DNA of 63,467 bases, counting the filler, from Choristocarpus tenellus KU-1152 (Eukaryota > Protista > Phaeophyceae): assembly GCA_964200185.2 (NCBI GenBank). It is 14 parts of 14 records of this genome, joined end to end, with 100 filler letters (N's around TTAATTAATTAA, not from the genome) between each part and the next. Parts side by side here need not be neighbours in the genome. Positions count along the whole stretch, not along the records: positions 59,085 to 63,467 come from CAXNAD020014806.1; 13 more parts are not named here. One strand, given 5' to 3'. Under the pieces are notes generated by a model. The model had not been told where the DNA came from. It saw only the letters and a program-made list of their open reading frames with translations, and made no database searches. Below, piece after piece: positions 62,856-63,467 of this stretch (position 1 is the stretch's first letter; each line of letters starts with the position of its first letter). The translations under genes and the position numbers were made by a program.

Positions 62856-63467
62856 TGTGGTACATAGTTCACTCAGGCAAGGGTGGTGAAGAGAATCGCA
62901 GGGCAAGACAGACCAGACAGATGAAGACGAAACGTAACCAAGAGGACGAGGTTAAGGTTGGACAAGTGCAAGACTGAAAGGACTTGCAGGAAAAAGTGGG
63001 GAACTGAGGAAGTGAGGAGGACCACGATTCAGACGGGTTTCAGAAAAGAAACCCTTCAGAGATAGGAAATCCGTCTTAGGAAAGACGTACTCATAAAGAG
63101 ACGACTCAAAGTATCTGGGAGGGGGTAGCAGGTGTTCCTTTGGGGTCAATTTTTTCATGTCGCGATTTTGGGTGATTTGGTTGCATACGTCAGATGGATA
63201 TTGTAAATGTACTTTTCCTGATTTTGCTCTAAATGGACAACCTGGTATAACCCCTCCCCCTCATCCCAGATACTTTGGGTCAGACGTTACGGGAAGACAC
63301 GGAAATCTATCACTCCGAGTATCCTCCACACTGTTAAACCGAAGTTCTCAGAACACAACCACAATCGGTATAAGGGTGTATGACATAGGGCAATAACGGT
63401 ACAACGACAAACCTGCGTTCCACATGACCCCCCCTTCTGATCAACCCGGTAAACTTGAGATGTAACA
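62856..63467. repeat. LTR-like repeat carrying a MITE insertion
   Basis: First ~135 bp are homologous to 54945-55105; begins TGTG and the window ends TGTAACA (TG...CA termini, possibly coincidental). Confidence 0.5.
63103..63291 (+). mobile_element. MITE, type B full-length copy (189 bp) with 4-bp TSD (AGAC)
   Basis: AGAC|GACTCAAAGTATCTGGGA ... TCCCAGATACTTTGGGTC|AGAC. Further ends of this type at 6891, 11202, 26122, ~30870-30893, 38287, 38582 and 51811-51863. Confidence 0.92.

Overview
This window is not one continuous locus. It is 14 short eukaryotic contig fragments (about 2.5-7 kb each) joined by 13 identical artificial 100-bp spacers (N44-TTAATTAATTAA-N44), so adjacency across spacers means nothing. 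The organism is a photosynthetic stramenopile, almost certainly a brown alga or close relative: an Lhcf/FCP gene has a bipartite 'AQAFVAP' presequence, and the genes are intron-rich. Spliced genes rebuilt by hand, most cut by contig ends: LRRC57-like LRR protein, LEA_2-like protein, PAO/Tic55-family Rieske oxygenase, long-form tRNase Z, FAM210-like protein (single exon), Lhcf, a WD40 protein, an alpha/beta-hydrolase-fold plus IQ-motif protein, an EPC/BRPF-like protein, SF1/BBP, Rac GTPase and the 3' end of an unknown gene. The rest is decayed Ty3/gypsy and Ty1/copia retrotransposons, a long-TIR element, microsatellites, and an abundant MITE family (TIR GRSTCAAAGTATCT, 4-bp TSD) found at many contig breaks. 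I see no supportable novel multi-gene system. The best leads are a tRNase Z that appears to lack the tRNA-binding flexible arm, a nucleophile-less hydrolase fused to IQ repeats, three apparent GC-AG introns among about 30 donors, the Sola-like MITE family, and TGACGT (aureochrome-type) sites upstream of Lhcf. All family assignments come from motif recognition by eye, with no database search.
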